Of a DNA stretch of 64,000 nt, positions 10,348 through 19,878 are shown piece after piece; position 1 is the stretch's first letter; each line of letters starts with the position of its first letter. Under the pieces are notes generated by a model. It was not told the DNA's origin, made no database searches, and saw nothing but the letters and a program-made list of their open reading frames with translations. A program made the position numbers and the translations under genes. The DNA is from Candidatus Cloacimonadales bacterium (GTDB lineage Bacteria; Cloacimonadota; Cloacimonadia; Cloacimonadales; JAIOQZ01), in the NCBI GenBank assembly GCA_963665815.1, contig OY762463.1:1792001-1856000 (forward strand). Reading direction: 5' to 3'.

Positions 10348-11583
10348 ATGAAAAAAATTCTACATGGACTTGTTTATTTTTTCCTGTTATACCCGATTTT
10401 ATCTTTTCTTTCATATGAATATACTGATACGCTTATAAACTCAATTGCATTTCTGCTTTTGCTTGTAACCATATCTCTTTTCTTTGGAATAAAGCTTGTA
10501 ACAAAATCCAGACTCAAAATTCCAACATATTTAAAATTCTATATTTTATTTTTCACATACCATACATTCGCAGACTATGTTTCCGGCAACATTTTAAGTA
10601 CCGGAGTAGTAAGATATGTTTACACGAACTATTATCTCTCAATGCTTTTCATGATGATAATCATCGAAAACTATTCTTTTGGCAGTAAAATAATAAAGAT
10701 CCTTACTGCTGGTATTAAACTGACTATTATACTTGGTGCAGTAGTCAGTATCATTCAGATAGAAATGCATGATTTTTTTACATTAGAGAGTATTGCTACA
10801 AGATATGATGAAGCTGATCTTATGTATAGATGTACTGCTATATTCAGTTATATAGGCAGTGGTGTAATTGGAATTGTTGTACCAGCATTTCTGGCAATAT
10901 TGTTTAGTCTATCAACTTTAGAAAACCAGAAAAACCTGTTCTATTATGTATTATGTGCGATCATTATCCTGTTATACAAATCCAGATGGGTTATGATTTC
11001 ATTCATGATTGCTATCTCTCAGAATATAAAATTCGACAAAAAATTCATCATAAACTCATTCAGATACTTGATTCTAGCAGTCATAATGATTGTAATCACT
11101 ATCTCCAGTTCAATTATTCTTGATTTAGATACTGAGAGGTATGTCACAGAGCGTCTAATGAGTAGATCAACAGAAGCTCGAGTCAGGAGTTTACAGGTTT
11201 TCTTAATCCACTTTCCCAAACATGCTTTACTGGGATCAGGTAACACTATGTCAAATGATGTTGTACGTGACCTAGGAGGAGCATCTAAAATTATCCACGT
11301 TGGATTCCTAGCACTTTTCTATTCTTATGGAATTATCGGAGGTGGTATATACTGTTTATACATGTATTTTCTTTTGAAAAAACTGAAAAAGGAAAGTGCT
11401 ATCTCAGGATTTAAAGCGCATTATTTTGTATTTATCATGTTTGTCATCTCAAATATAACTCTGGTGATTTTCCATACATTTAACTATAGTATAATCATTT
11501 CATTTATATTCCATAACTACTATAGAGATAAAGCTATTGCCCAACAGAAAAGGAAACAGCAGTTAGAATTACAAACAGCCTGA
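10348..11583 (+). CDS. Polytopic membrane protein, O-antigen polymerase/ligase-like (Wzy/WaaL)
   Basis: About 10-11 hydrophobic segments; SR motif, loop STEAR...LLGSG...IHVGFL; sits among glycosyltransferase genes. Confidence 0.7.
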   Translation: MKKILHGLVYFFLLYPILSFLSYEYTDTLINSIAFLLLLVTISLFFGIKLVTKSRLKIPTYLKFYILFFTYHTFADYVSGNILSTGVVRYVYTNYYLSMLFMMIIIENYSFGSKIIKILTAGIKLTIILGAVVSIIQIEMHDFFTLESIATRYDEADLMYRCTAIFSYIGSGVIGIVVPAFLAILFSLSTLENQKNLFYYVLCAIIILLYKSRWVMISFMIAISQNIKFDKKFIINSFRYLILAVIMIVITISSSIILDLDTERYVTERLMSRSTEARVRSLQVFLIHFPKHALLGSGNTMSNDVVRDLGGASKIIHVGFLALFYSYGIIGGGIYCLYMYFLLKKLKKESAISGFKAHYFVFIMFVISNITLVIFHTFNYSIIISFIFHNYYRDKAIAQQKRKQQLELQTA

Positions 11584-11697
11584 GTATTACGTTGAAACAA
11601 AATACTCGGATTTGATACATACTGAGTCTTAAGTCGTGCTGTAACCTGAGAAACCATTTAAATGAAACAAAATTTTATACTCCCATAAGGACATAAT

Positions 11698-12780
11698 ATG
11701 AAACTAATGATGATAATGAACTCGCTGGAATCAGGAGGTAGAGAAAGAAGATCGCTTGAACTCCTGAAACAACTACAAAATTACTCAAATATTAAAATAC
11801 ATATTGTATTTCTCAGTAAAGCTATTTTTTATCAGGATTTTTTCGATCTGCCTTATACATATTCTCTCTATGAGAGAAAGACTAAGAAAGATCCATCCTT
11901 GCTGTTTAAGATAATCAGGGAAGTTAAACAATTTAAACCTGATTTAATGCATTGTTGGAGTACAATGCCCACAGTATACTCTATCCCGGCTTCATTAATT
12001 ACAAATACACCTATTGTAAATTCAATGATATCAAATTCACCTTTGAGTTTTCCCTTGAAAGCCAGAATATTCAACACATTAGCAGCAAAATTTTCTAAAA
12101 TAGTTTTGTCTAACTCATACGCCGGTATAAAAGCATATGGAACTCCACCATCTAAAACTTTTTGTATACATAATGGATTTGATATGTCCAGGATTAAAAG
12201 TATTGATTCAGTACCTGACATAAGAAAGAAAATGAAAGCTGAAGGTAAAAAAATTCTTGGCATGGTTGCTATTTTTGCAGAAAGAAAAGATCATCCAACA
12301 TTAGTCAAAGCTGCACTGAATCTGCTAAAAACCAGAAATGATTTTGTCATTGTCTTTATTGGTATAGGACCTCTGGAAGCCAGTATTAAGAATATGATAC
12401 CTGAAGACCATAAAGATAGTTTTGTTTTTTTAGGACAGATAGCAAATGTTTTTGCTTACATTAAAGAATTTTACGCTGGTTTACTTGTTTCCAAAGTTGA
12501 AGGAATGCCAAATTCAATAATGGAATATATGGCTTTAAAAAAACCTGTTATTGCCACCGATACAGGAGGAACCAGTGAGTTAGTCGAATCAGGTAAAACA
12601 GGATACATTGTAAAACGATCCAATATCAACGAACTTTGTGAAAAAATAAACATGTTACTGGATAGACCCGAATTGGCTGAAAAGTTTGGTGACGCAGGAT
12701 ATTTAAGAGTTAAAGAAAAATTCCAGTTAACCACCATGACACAAAAATTCGTTGATATATATCACAAAGCACTGGAATAA
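11698..12780 (+). CDS. Glycosyltransferase family 4
   Basis: GGRER, IHNGFD, KDHPTL, EGMPNSIMEYMA, GGTSELV. Confidence 0.92.
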   Translation: MKLMMIMNSLESGGRERRSLELLKQLQNYSNIKIHIVFLSKAIFYQDFFDLPYTYSLYERKTKKDPSLLFKIIREVKQFKPDLMHCWSTMPTVYSIPASLITNTPIVNSMISNSPLSFPLKARIFNTLAAKFSKIVLSNSYAGIKAYGTPPSKTFCIHNGFDMSRIKSIDSVPDIRKKMKAEGKKILGMVAIFAERKDHPTLVKAALNLLKTRNDFVIVFIGIGPLEASIKNMIPEDHKDSFVFLGQIANVFAYIKEFYAGLLVSKVEGMPNSIMEYMALKKPVIATDTGGTSELVESGKTGYIVKRSNINELCEKINMLLDRPELAEKFGDAGYLRVKEKFQLTTMTQKFVDIYHKALE

Positions 12781-12978
12781 TCTCATTAGCATTATATCAT
12801 TTAGTGTTGCTTAACTGTTTGATAGTGTTAAACAGATGATCCTGCAAGTGTATTAACTATTCATATAGTGACATTAACTGCAATATTTACTTTATTCTTG
12901 ACAATGAAGATACAGCTCTGACATTGGGAAAATGAAAATTACATTGTAGCATCTTTTCAAAAAGCATATACATTTAAC

Positions 12979-13006
12979 TGCTGAATGCTGAATGCTGAAT
13001 GCTGAA
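12979..13006 (+). repeat. Heptamer tandem repeat (TGCTGAA)x4
   Basis: tgctgaa repeated four times, followed by a partial tgaat, just upstream of the RBS of the epimerase gene. Confidence 0.95.
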
Positions 13007-13027
13007 TGAATAAGAATTGGAGATTAA

Positions 13028-13972
13028 ATGAAGAATTTATACTTAGTAACTGGTGGAGCTGGATTCATCGGATCAAATATAGTCAAAGAAATCCTTAATA
13101 GAGGGCATAAAGTCAGAGTACTTGACAACTTCTCAACAGGTAAAAGAGAGAACATTCATCAGTTTATGCCTAATCCAGATTTTGAACTGATAGAAGGTGA
13201 CATCAGAAGTTTCCATATAGTCAGAGATGCTGTAAAAGGTGTTGATTTTGTCCTACATCAAGGAGCACTGCCTTCTGTTCCGCGATCCATTAACGACCCA
13301 ATTACATCAAATGATGTAAATATACTTGGAACTCTTAATGTTCTTGAAGCTGCACGTGAATTTAACGTAAAAAGAGTAGTGTATGCATCTTCTTCTTCAG
13401 TTTATGGAAATAATCCGAAACTTCCCAAAGAAGAAAGTATGAAAATCTCACCATTATCTCCATATGCACTAACTAAGTATGCCGGAGAAAGATACTGTCA
13501 AATTTATACTCAGATTTATGGCGTAGAAACTGTTTGTCTTCGTTACTTCAACGTATTTGGCCCAAATCAGGATCCTAATTCTCAATATAGTGCTGTAATT
13601 CCCAAGTTCATAAATATAATGAGAAATGGAAAACAACCTATCATTTATGGAGATGGTGAGCAATCTCGTGATTTCACTTATGTTGCGAACAATGTACAGG
13701 CTAATCTTCTGGCATGTACTGCAGAAAACGCAGCTGGAAATGTTTATAATATTGCCTGTAATGAAAGATACACTCTTAATGATCTTGTTGCTCTTATTAA
13801 CAAGTACCTTAATACAACTATAGAACCGGTTTATCAGAAAGATAGACTTGGAGATGTAAAACACTCACTTGCATCTATTGGCAAAGCGGAGAATGATCTC
13901 GGTTTCAATGTAGTGCGTACTTTTGAAGAAGGGCTTGCGGAATTAATTGAGTATGTCAAGCAACAAGCCTGA
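13028..13972 (+). CDS. NAD-dependent NDP-sugar epimerase (WbpP/TviC-like UDP-GlcNAc 4-epimerase)
   Basis: TGGAGFIGS, HQGALPSVPRSI, ASSSSVYG, SPYALTK, RYFNVFGP.QDP.SQYSAVIP. Confidence 0.88.
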   Translation: MKNLYLVTGGAGFIGSNIVKEILNRGHKVRVLDNFSTGKRENIHQFMPNPDFELIEGDIRSFHIVRDAVKGVDFVLHQGALPSVPRSINDPITSNDVNILGTLNVLEAAREFNVKRVVYASSSSVYGNNPKLPKEESMKISPLSPYALTKYAGERYCQIYTQIYGVETVCLRYFNVFGPNQDPNSQYSAVIPKFINIMRNGKQPIIYGDGEQSRDFTYVANNVQANLLACTAENAAGNVYNIACNERYTLNDLVALINKYLNTTIEPVYQKDRLGDVKHSLASIGKAENDLGFNVVRTFEEGLAELIEYVKQQA

Positions 13973-15035
13973 TATTTGTGTTTTCATAAGAACCCTTAAT
14001 ATTGGAGGAGCTGAAAGGCAAAGCATGTATCTTGTAGATATGCTCTCCAAATACTACAATACTTATCTTCTGGTTTTCCATGGAGAATTTGTTGATGATT
14101 CCTTTTTGGATTTTACAAAGAAAAATAACATCCGGCTTGTCAGACTTTCAGGTAATACAATACAGAAAATTGGGAAATTGTATCTGTTCTTCAGAAAGAA
14201 AAATATTGATATTGTTTTTGGATATCTTACTTTGAATAATGTTCTGGGGGGAATTTTCGGACGTCTCGCCGGAGTTAAATACATTATTGGTGGAGCTCGG
14301 GGAAGTGAAATTGAGAGATATAAAACTTCAATGTGCAAGTTCATTCATAATTATGTATCCAACTATACAATATTCAATAGTAATGCTGGAAGAAAAGTCT
14401 TTGAAGACTTCGGATTCAATCCTGACAAATCCGTTGTAATAAATAATTGCTTTTATCTGGATGAATTACCTCGAGAAAATGTAATCAAGGATAAACCGAT
14501 TATTATATCTGTTGGAAGATTTGAAGATGTCAAGGATTATATAACTGCCATCAATACAGCACATATTCTAAAAAATAAGTACAATCTTGATTTTGAATAT
14601 AGAATATGCGGCTATGGAAAAAATGAAATTGCCATCAGAAACCAGATCGAACTGATGAATCTACAGAACTGCATAACTGTTCACATTAAACCTGACAACT
14701 TAATGGAGCTTTACAGAACTTCCAACATTTACCTTTCAACATCATTGTTTGAAGGATTTTCAAATTCAATAATGGAGGCTCTGAGTTGTTCTCTGCCAGT
14801 TGTTTGCACTGAAGTCGGAGATAACAAATTGCTTGTAAAGAATGACAGTAACGGCTTCAGGCACAATGTTGGTGATGCAGAGTCACTAGCTGAATCAATA
14901 TACAAAATCTCTTCTGATTCAAAAATGCTGGAGAAAATGGGACATAACAGTTACACTCTTTTAAGAGATAATTATACCGAAGAACCTTTTTTGAGAAAAT
15001 ATCTGGAATTGATTTCCAGACTTATTTCTTCCTGA
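13953..15035 (+). CDS. Glycosyltransferase family 4
   Basis: IGGAERQ, VGRF...KD, EGFSNSIMEA, VGDN. Overlaps the end of the upstream gene. Confidence 0.9.
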   Translation: MSSNKPDICVFIRTLNIGGAERQSMYLVDMLSKYYNTYLLVFHGEFVDDSFLDFTKKNNIRLVRLSGNTIQKIGKLYLFFRKKNIDIVFGYLTLNNVLGGIFGRLAGVKYIIGGARGSEIERYKTSMCKFIHNYVSNYTIFNSNAGRKVFEDFGFNPDKSVVINNCFYLDELPRENVIKDKPIIISVGRFEDVKDYITAINTAHILKNKYNLDFEYRICGYGKNEIAIRNQIELMNLQNCITVHIKPDNLMELYRTSNIYLSTSLFEGFSNSIMEALSCSLPVVCTEVGDNKLLVKNDSNGFRHNVGDAESLAESIYKISSDSKMLEKMGHNSYTLLRDNYTEEPFLRKYLELISRLISS

Positions 15036-16566
15036 TTTTACGTCCTATAAATTCCTTAAACTGTTTCCTTTCCCATCCTCTTAATCCTATAAAATAGTAA
15101 GTAATGAGATACAATCCACATGATAATGAAAGATGAAGCAATAGCTGAATGAAACTTTTAGGTTGATGCAGCATTGAAATACTCCAGGTTACAGCAGCAA
15201 TCAAAACACCAACTATAAGTGTTTTTAATACGGCCTGATTAATAAAATCTTTCAGCTTGATTTCTGCAAATCTACATGCTTTTGGAATGTTGTATACAAC
15301 AGCAAAAATTACATTAGGAATGATTGTACCAAGAGCAACACCAATAATTCCAATTTTGTTAATCAACAGAATACTTATTCCCAGATTTGCCAGACACTCC
15401 AGAACTGCAATTAAAGTAAGCTCTCTATGAACATTGCCCATCAATAGGATATATACCGATGAACTTCTCAGGAAAACCAGAATATACATAGATACAAGCA
15501 AAATCAGAGCACAGATATATCCCTGTTCTGCTCCCGGATTTGTATTCATTTCAAGCCATATATCGAGTAGTGGACGTACATAGATTATCAAAGGTATCAA
15601 GAACATTGTAGAAATAAATCCAAGCAGTCTGTTAGATTCAATAAGAATCTTACCCAGCTTAGATGTCTGATTTGAGGCAAACAAAGTGGCTGCTATAGGA
15701 CTTAGATTGTCCAGAAATTGAGAAGAGAATGATCGAAATGTTTCTGCCAGCCGTGATGCAATCTGATACACAGAGACCAATGCAACGGATGCAAAAATTG
15801 AGATAACCATCTGGTCTGTCCTGAAAATTATCAGGTTCGTGAATGTAATGATATAGGCGAATATAGAGAACTCCATCACCTTTTTTATACCTTTAATATC
15901 GTAATACCGAATACCTATCCTTAGCTTCGGCATCTTTCTGAAACAGAAAAAGCCCATTATAATGTTTCTGGCAAAGCTGGTTGACAATGTGATTATTGTA
16001 ATTACTTTCAGCTTATATCCAAAATGAAATGCTGTTAAAATAAGCACAAAATTAAGTATCATGAAAGTAAGCTGTATATAGTTTCTCAGCTTTATCTCGT
16101 GTAATCCCCTCAAGATCTCTGTAACGAAACCCGTAGGAAACACTATTGCTGTACCAATTCCAAACATTAGAAATACTGACTTGTAATATTCAATGTCTGT
16201 ACCTTCCTGAAACTTGAAAAGATCGCCAAGATAGAAAGAGAGTACATAAGTAGCTATTACAATTAATATGGCTAATCCGGAATAGTTAAAGAAAACAGTA
16301 GTAATAAGTCTGTTATATGATTCCCAGTCCTGAGTTGCAATATTTTCACTTGTGGATTTCTGGATTGCAGCCCCAAATCCAAAGTCAAGCAGCAGAGAAT
16401 AACCAAATATTGTCCAGAGTAAAGCCCAGAAGCCATAGCTTTCCGGAGAAAGTCCCATGAAAAGGACTCTGGTAAGAAATATCGTCATTACCATACCAAT
16501 TACGAGCTTTCCATAATTGGAAATCGTATTGGCAATCATTTTAGCTCTGAGGCCAGTACTGCTCAT
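15022..16566 (-). CDS. wzx: Polysaccharide flippase (Wzx / MOP superfamily)
   Basis: About 14 transmembrane segments; YGFWAL, LLDFGF, RTDQMVI, GIIGVALGT. Confidence 0.85.
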   Translation of the reverse strand: MSSTGLRAKMIANTISNYGKLVIGMVMTIFLTRVLFMGLSPESYGFWALLWTIFGYSLLLDFGFGAAIQKSTSENIATQDWESYNRLITTVFFNYSGLAILIVIATYVLSFYLGDLFKFQEGTDIEYYKSVFLMFGIGTAIVFPTGFVTEILRGLHEIKLRNYIQLTFMILNFVLILTAFHFGYKLKVITIITLSTSFARNIIMGFFCFRKMPKLRIGIRYYDIKGIKKVMEFSIFAYIITFTNLIIFRTDQMVISIFASVALVSVYQIASRLAETFRSFSSQFLDNLSPIAATLFASNQTSKLGKILIESNRLLGFISTMFLIPLIIYVRPLLDIWLEMNTNPGAEQGYICALILLVSMYILVFLRSSSVYILLMGNVHRELTLIAVLECLANLGISILLINKIGIIGVALGTIIPNVIFAVVYNIPKACRFAEIKLKDFINQAVLKTLIVGVLIAAVTWSISMLHQPKSFIQLLLHLSLSCGLYLITYYFIGLRGWERKQFKEFIGRKIRKK

Positions 16567-17370
16567 CTATTGTTTCTCAGTCTGTTTTGGTCTTCTCACA
16601 TTCTTTGAACTGAATATCTTGAAGTCAACAACTCTGGCATATTTGTTTTCCAGTTTTCTCTTGTTTTTATCAAGAACAACCTGTTCTCCATGTATATACA
16701 TTTTGAGACGATTTCTCTTAACACCTTTATTGACAAGATATTCTATAACACTGTCAGCTCTTCTTTTGGAAAGATCAATATTGTATTCTTTATCTCCCAT
16801 TTCATCTGCATATCCATGAATCTCCAGAAAATATTCCTTATTCTCATTCATAATGACAGCAACTTCTTCGAGTTTTGGCTGCTCTGATTTTTTAATGTTA
16901 TCTTTATCCAAATCAAAGAAAACTACAGGAAGAATCATTGCTACACTGCGTTCGATGATTTCACGTTCAACGATAATCTGCGGTTCCTGAACAAAATCAA
17001 GTGAATCATTATCCTGACTCTGTCTTTCCCACGGTTGATATTGTCGTTTTGGTTTTACATTCATGTATATAGTCATAGATTTGGCAACCGGTGGAACAGG
17101 AAGATAAATATTCTGCGGATACTGATTGGGGTAAATCGGTTCTGCAACGATATTTATTTCTTTCTTCTCTCCCCAACTGACATTAGTCTGAATTGGTGAT
17201 GTTCCGTAGTATACACCATCAATAAAAATCTTTGCTTTTGTCGGGTGAGTATTAATCTTGATATACCCATTATCCATACCAGGAGGCACCGGATGCTTAG
17301 TATATGTAACACAGGAAATCAAACTTAACAACATTCCTGTTAAAACTAATAATTTTGAAAATCTTTTCAT
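16567..17370 (-). CDS. PEGA + OmpA C-terminal domain lipoprotein
   Basis: Lipobox LISC; PEGA INTHPTKAKIFIDGVYYGTSP; OmpA-C VFFDLDK...IHGYADEMG...YNIDLSKRRADSVIEYL. Confidence 0.88.
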   Translation of the reverse strand: MKRFSKLLVLTGMLLSLISCVTYTKHPVPPGMDNGYIKINTHPTKAKIFIDGVYYGTSPIQTNVSWGEKKEINIVAEPIYPNQYPQNIYLPVPPVAKSMTIYMNVKPKRQYQPWERQSQDNDSLDFVQEPQIIVEREIIERSVAMILPVVFFDLDKDNIKKSEQPKLEEVAVIMNENKEYFLEIHGYADEMGDKEYNIDLSKRRADSVIEYLVNKGVKRNRLKMYIHGEQVVLDKNKRKLENKYARVVDFKIFSSKNVRRPKQTEKQ

Positions 17371-18533
17371 CTTACACTCCGTTTATTCTGTAATCTGAAT
17401 TCCTCTAATACTATTTTTTCGATCTCAGATTGAACTGTATAGTAATTAAATTTATTTTTAACTGTTTCTCTGCCTGACTTCGCCAATAATGATATTAGTT
17501 CATGATCAAAATGAATATTCCTGATGCAGCTCAATAATGATTCTGCGTTACCATATTCAAATACAACACCATCTCTCATATTGGTGATAATCTCTGAAGC
17601 CCCATATCTGTCAGGAACAATTACCGTCATTCCATAAGACATTGCTTCAATTACAACACGACCAAAAGTTTCTGTAGCGAGTGAAGAAAAAACAAGTACA
17701 TCGTTCTGTTCATATACAGTTGCTATATCTGCAGCTTTTCCCTTCAGTTCCACTCTATCATCAAGATTCTTTTCTCTTACCAAATTCTTGAGAAAATCCA
17801 CATATTCTTCATCACCATTTCCGTATATATGGAATGTGAAATTTTTGTCTTCCAGATTTGAAAAAGCATCAATTGCAAGCTCATATCCTTTTCTGGGTTC
17901 AATTCTCCCACAACTGATATATCTGACTGTATTGCTCTCAGCTCTGTTTATGGACTCAGGAATATGCACACTACGCGGTACAACATAGTTCCTTTCAGCT
18001 CTGTACTTTCTAACAACCTCTTTCCCTACCCATTCTGATGGAGTTAAAGTATACTTCAACTTCAGTTTCCCTCCGACAGCACCGGGGAGCAAGTTCTTCA
18101 CTGCTCTTTTAATATAAGCTGCGGCAGATTCCTGTTCATAGACATCCGGCCAGAAATCTCCGATAGAAAAAAGTACAGGCAAATTCCTTTTCTGAACAGC
18201 AATAACCGGAGCAATTGAGATCTTCTGACAATTCCAGAAGAAGACAAAATCAGGTTTAAAACAATTAAGCACTTCTATAGTTTTTTTATAATTATACTTC
18301 TCGACATTATGCTTGTCAAGAGCATTACCATTCAAATAATCAATGTATTTAAGAATTCTCCATGGTTCCTTTTTAATGAATCCCGGCTCTGGTTGATTCT
18401 CTACTCTGTAGTTTCCTGTCAGCACAACCACATCATGATTTTTTTTTAGAAATTCTACAGTATCTGCACAGGAAATTTCATATCCCCCGATATAATGAGG
18501 AGGATACAAATTTGAAACTACCAGTATTCTCAT
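17367..18533 (-). CDS. Glycosyltransferase family 4
   Basis: SNLYPPHYIGGYE, GRIEPRKG, ETFGRVVIEAM. Confidence 0.92.
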   Translation of the reverse strand: MRILVVSNLYPPHYIGGYEISCADTVEFLKKNHDVVVLTGNYRVENQPEPGFIKKEPWRILKYIDYLNGNALDKHNVEKYNYKKTIEVLNCFKPDFVFFWNCQKISIAPVIAVQKRNLPVLFSIGDFWPDVYEQESAAAYIKRAVKNLLPGAVGGKLKLKYTLTPSEWVGKEVVRKYRAERNYVVPRSVHIPESINRAESNTVRYISCGRIEPRKGYELAIDAFSNLEDKNFTFHIYGNGDEEYVDFLKNLVREKNLDDRVELKGKAADIATVYEQNDVLVFSSLATETFGRVVIEAMSYGMTVIVPDRYGASEIITNMRDGVVFEYGNAESLLSCIRNIHFDHELISLLAKSGRETVKNKFNYYTVQSEIEKIVLEEFRLQNKRSVR

Positions 18534-19471
18534 TTCAAAAAAATTCTTCTTATCTTTGTTGATATTTCATGTCTTACAGAAGCAATCAGCTCTCTGATGA
18601 AAGCTTCTTTCATAATCTTCTGTTTGTTAGCAGGCTGGAAAGAGTAAGGCAAATCCGGTAGTTCATATCCTCTGGAACGAGCCCAGTGAATAAACTGCAT
18701 TACCATTTCGTAAAACGGAATATTCTTATATGACCAGGTCTGCCACGGTTTAGGAAACAAACTGAAATGAATAATCTTTGCATCCATATTTTTATCATAA
18801 GGATAGACCCCAACTTCTGGACTGTCATCAGCAAAAGCAAACAATGAGTTCAAAACAGATTCATCTGTCATAAAGTAAGCAGTACTGCTTTTATTGTAGA
18901 CGCCTATAGTATTTTCGTCTATCACTTTCTCCATCTGGTTTTTCCATCTTTTAATGAAAGGCAGATGAGATTTATGAATAATAAAACAATTCGTTTCACA
19001 CACGGTTGATATAGTTGGAAAAGCACGTTCTCGTATATCCCATTTCCATATCTTCAAAACTTTTTCAGGAATAGTCCCGAATTTTTCTCCCCATGAATAT
19101 CTGTCCCGGTACACAAGACCATTTTCATGAAAATCCCTGAACCTGATATGAAAAAACGGTTCCGTTGCAACAAATTCATTCTTTATATTTCCGTTAACAA
19201 TACAATCTGCATCAACCCAGGTAGTAAATTCTGTATTCGAGGAAAATATTGCATCTGGTTTTTGAGTACAGACACTTCTTTTTGTCATCCTACCTTCAGA
19301 ATACACTTTAACATTGTCAAACTGCTGCAGCATATCGCGTTCTTTATCTGAGAGATCATATCCCATAACATGAACAGGATCTTCAACTCCATGATAACGA
19401 AGTGATATTATCAGGAGAAATGCTCCCCACAGGTAATTACTGTCACAGGCCGTTACGAAAGTATTATTCAT
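18530..19471 (-). CDS. GT-A fold glycosyltransferase, GT8-like
   Basis: TACDSNY, WVDAD (DxD), DESVLN and IIHF...KPW, resembling GT8 motifs. Confidence 0.65.
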   Translation of the reverse strand: MNNTFVTACDSNYLWGAFLLIISLRYHGVEDPVHVMGYDLSDKERDMLQQFDNVKVYSEGRMTKRSVCTQKPDAIFSSNTEFTTWVDADCIVNGNIKNEFVATEPFFHIRFRDFHENGLVYRDRYSWGEKFGTIPEKVLKIWKWDIRERAFPTISTVCETNCFIIHKSHLPFIKRWKNQMEKVIDENTIGVYNKSSTAYFMTDESVLNSLFAFADDSPEVGVYPYDKNMDAKIIHFSLFPKPWQTWSYKNIPFYEMVMQFIHWARSRGYELPDLPYSFQPANKQKIMKEAFIRELIASVRHEISTKIRRIFLK

Positions 19472-19878
19472 TTTCTGAGCAACTCTCTCAAATATTCCTG
19501 GATATGCATATCAGGTAGAATATCTATTCCGGCAAAGGATTTCAGAGAATACAGTATCAGGAATGCAACCAGAATTAAACTGATTAGAATACCAAGATAC
19601 ATTAAAAGCTGGAATACGAGAGTAATAGCTCTCTGACCGGCAGTGGCTTTTCCGACTCTGCTTTTCCTTCTCTGATCAACACCGATAATCCACACGAAAT
19701 ACAATCTCTTTATGAACCAGAATGTGAATCTGATATCAAAATATTTCTTTCCCAATGATGATGGAGAGAGTCTTCTCAGAACAGCTTTAATCTCTTTCTT
19801 CTGTTCATAATTTAAGCTTTCCTGTATTGTAGGATTGATCATATTGAACAGATAGTCTTCATCTCTTCTTTTAGCCAT
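19468..19878 (-). CDS. Small membrane protein of unknown function
   Basis: ATG at 19878 after GAGG overlaps the upstream stop. C-terminal hydrophobic helix; overlaps both neighbouring genes. Confidence 0.7.
   Translation of the reverse strand: MAKRRDEDYLFNMINPTIQESLNYEQKKEIKAVLRRLSPSSLGKKYFDIRFTFWFIKRLYFVWIIGVDQRRKSRVGKATAGQRAITLVFQLLMYLGILISLILVAFLILYSLKSFAGIDILPDMHIQEYLRELLRK

Noticed and set aside
11582-11675. Short hairpin (gagtatt/aatactc) and 11-bp direct repeat (tgaaacaaaat) between the wzy-like and GT4 genes
   Set aside because: Short, AT-rich and without a U tract; compatible with chance.
12979-13006. Short repeats as a CRISPR array
   Set aside because: 7-bp units with no spacers and no cas genes.
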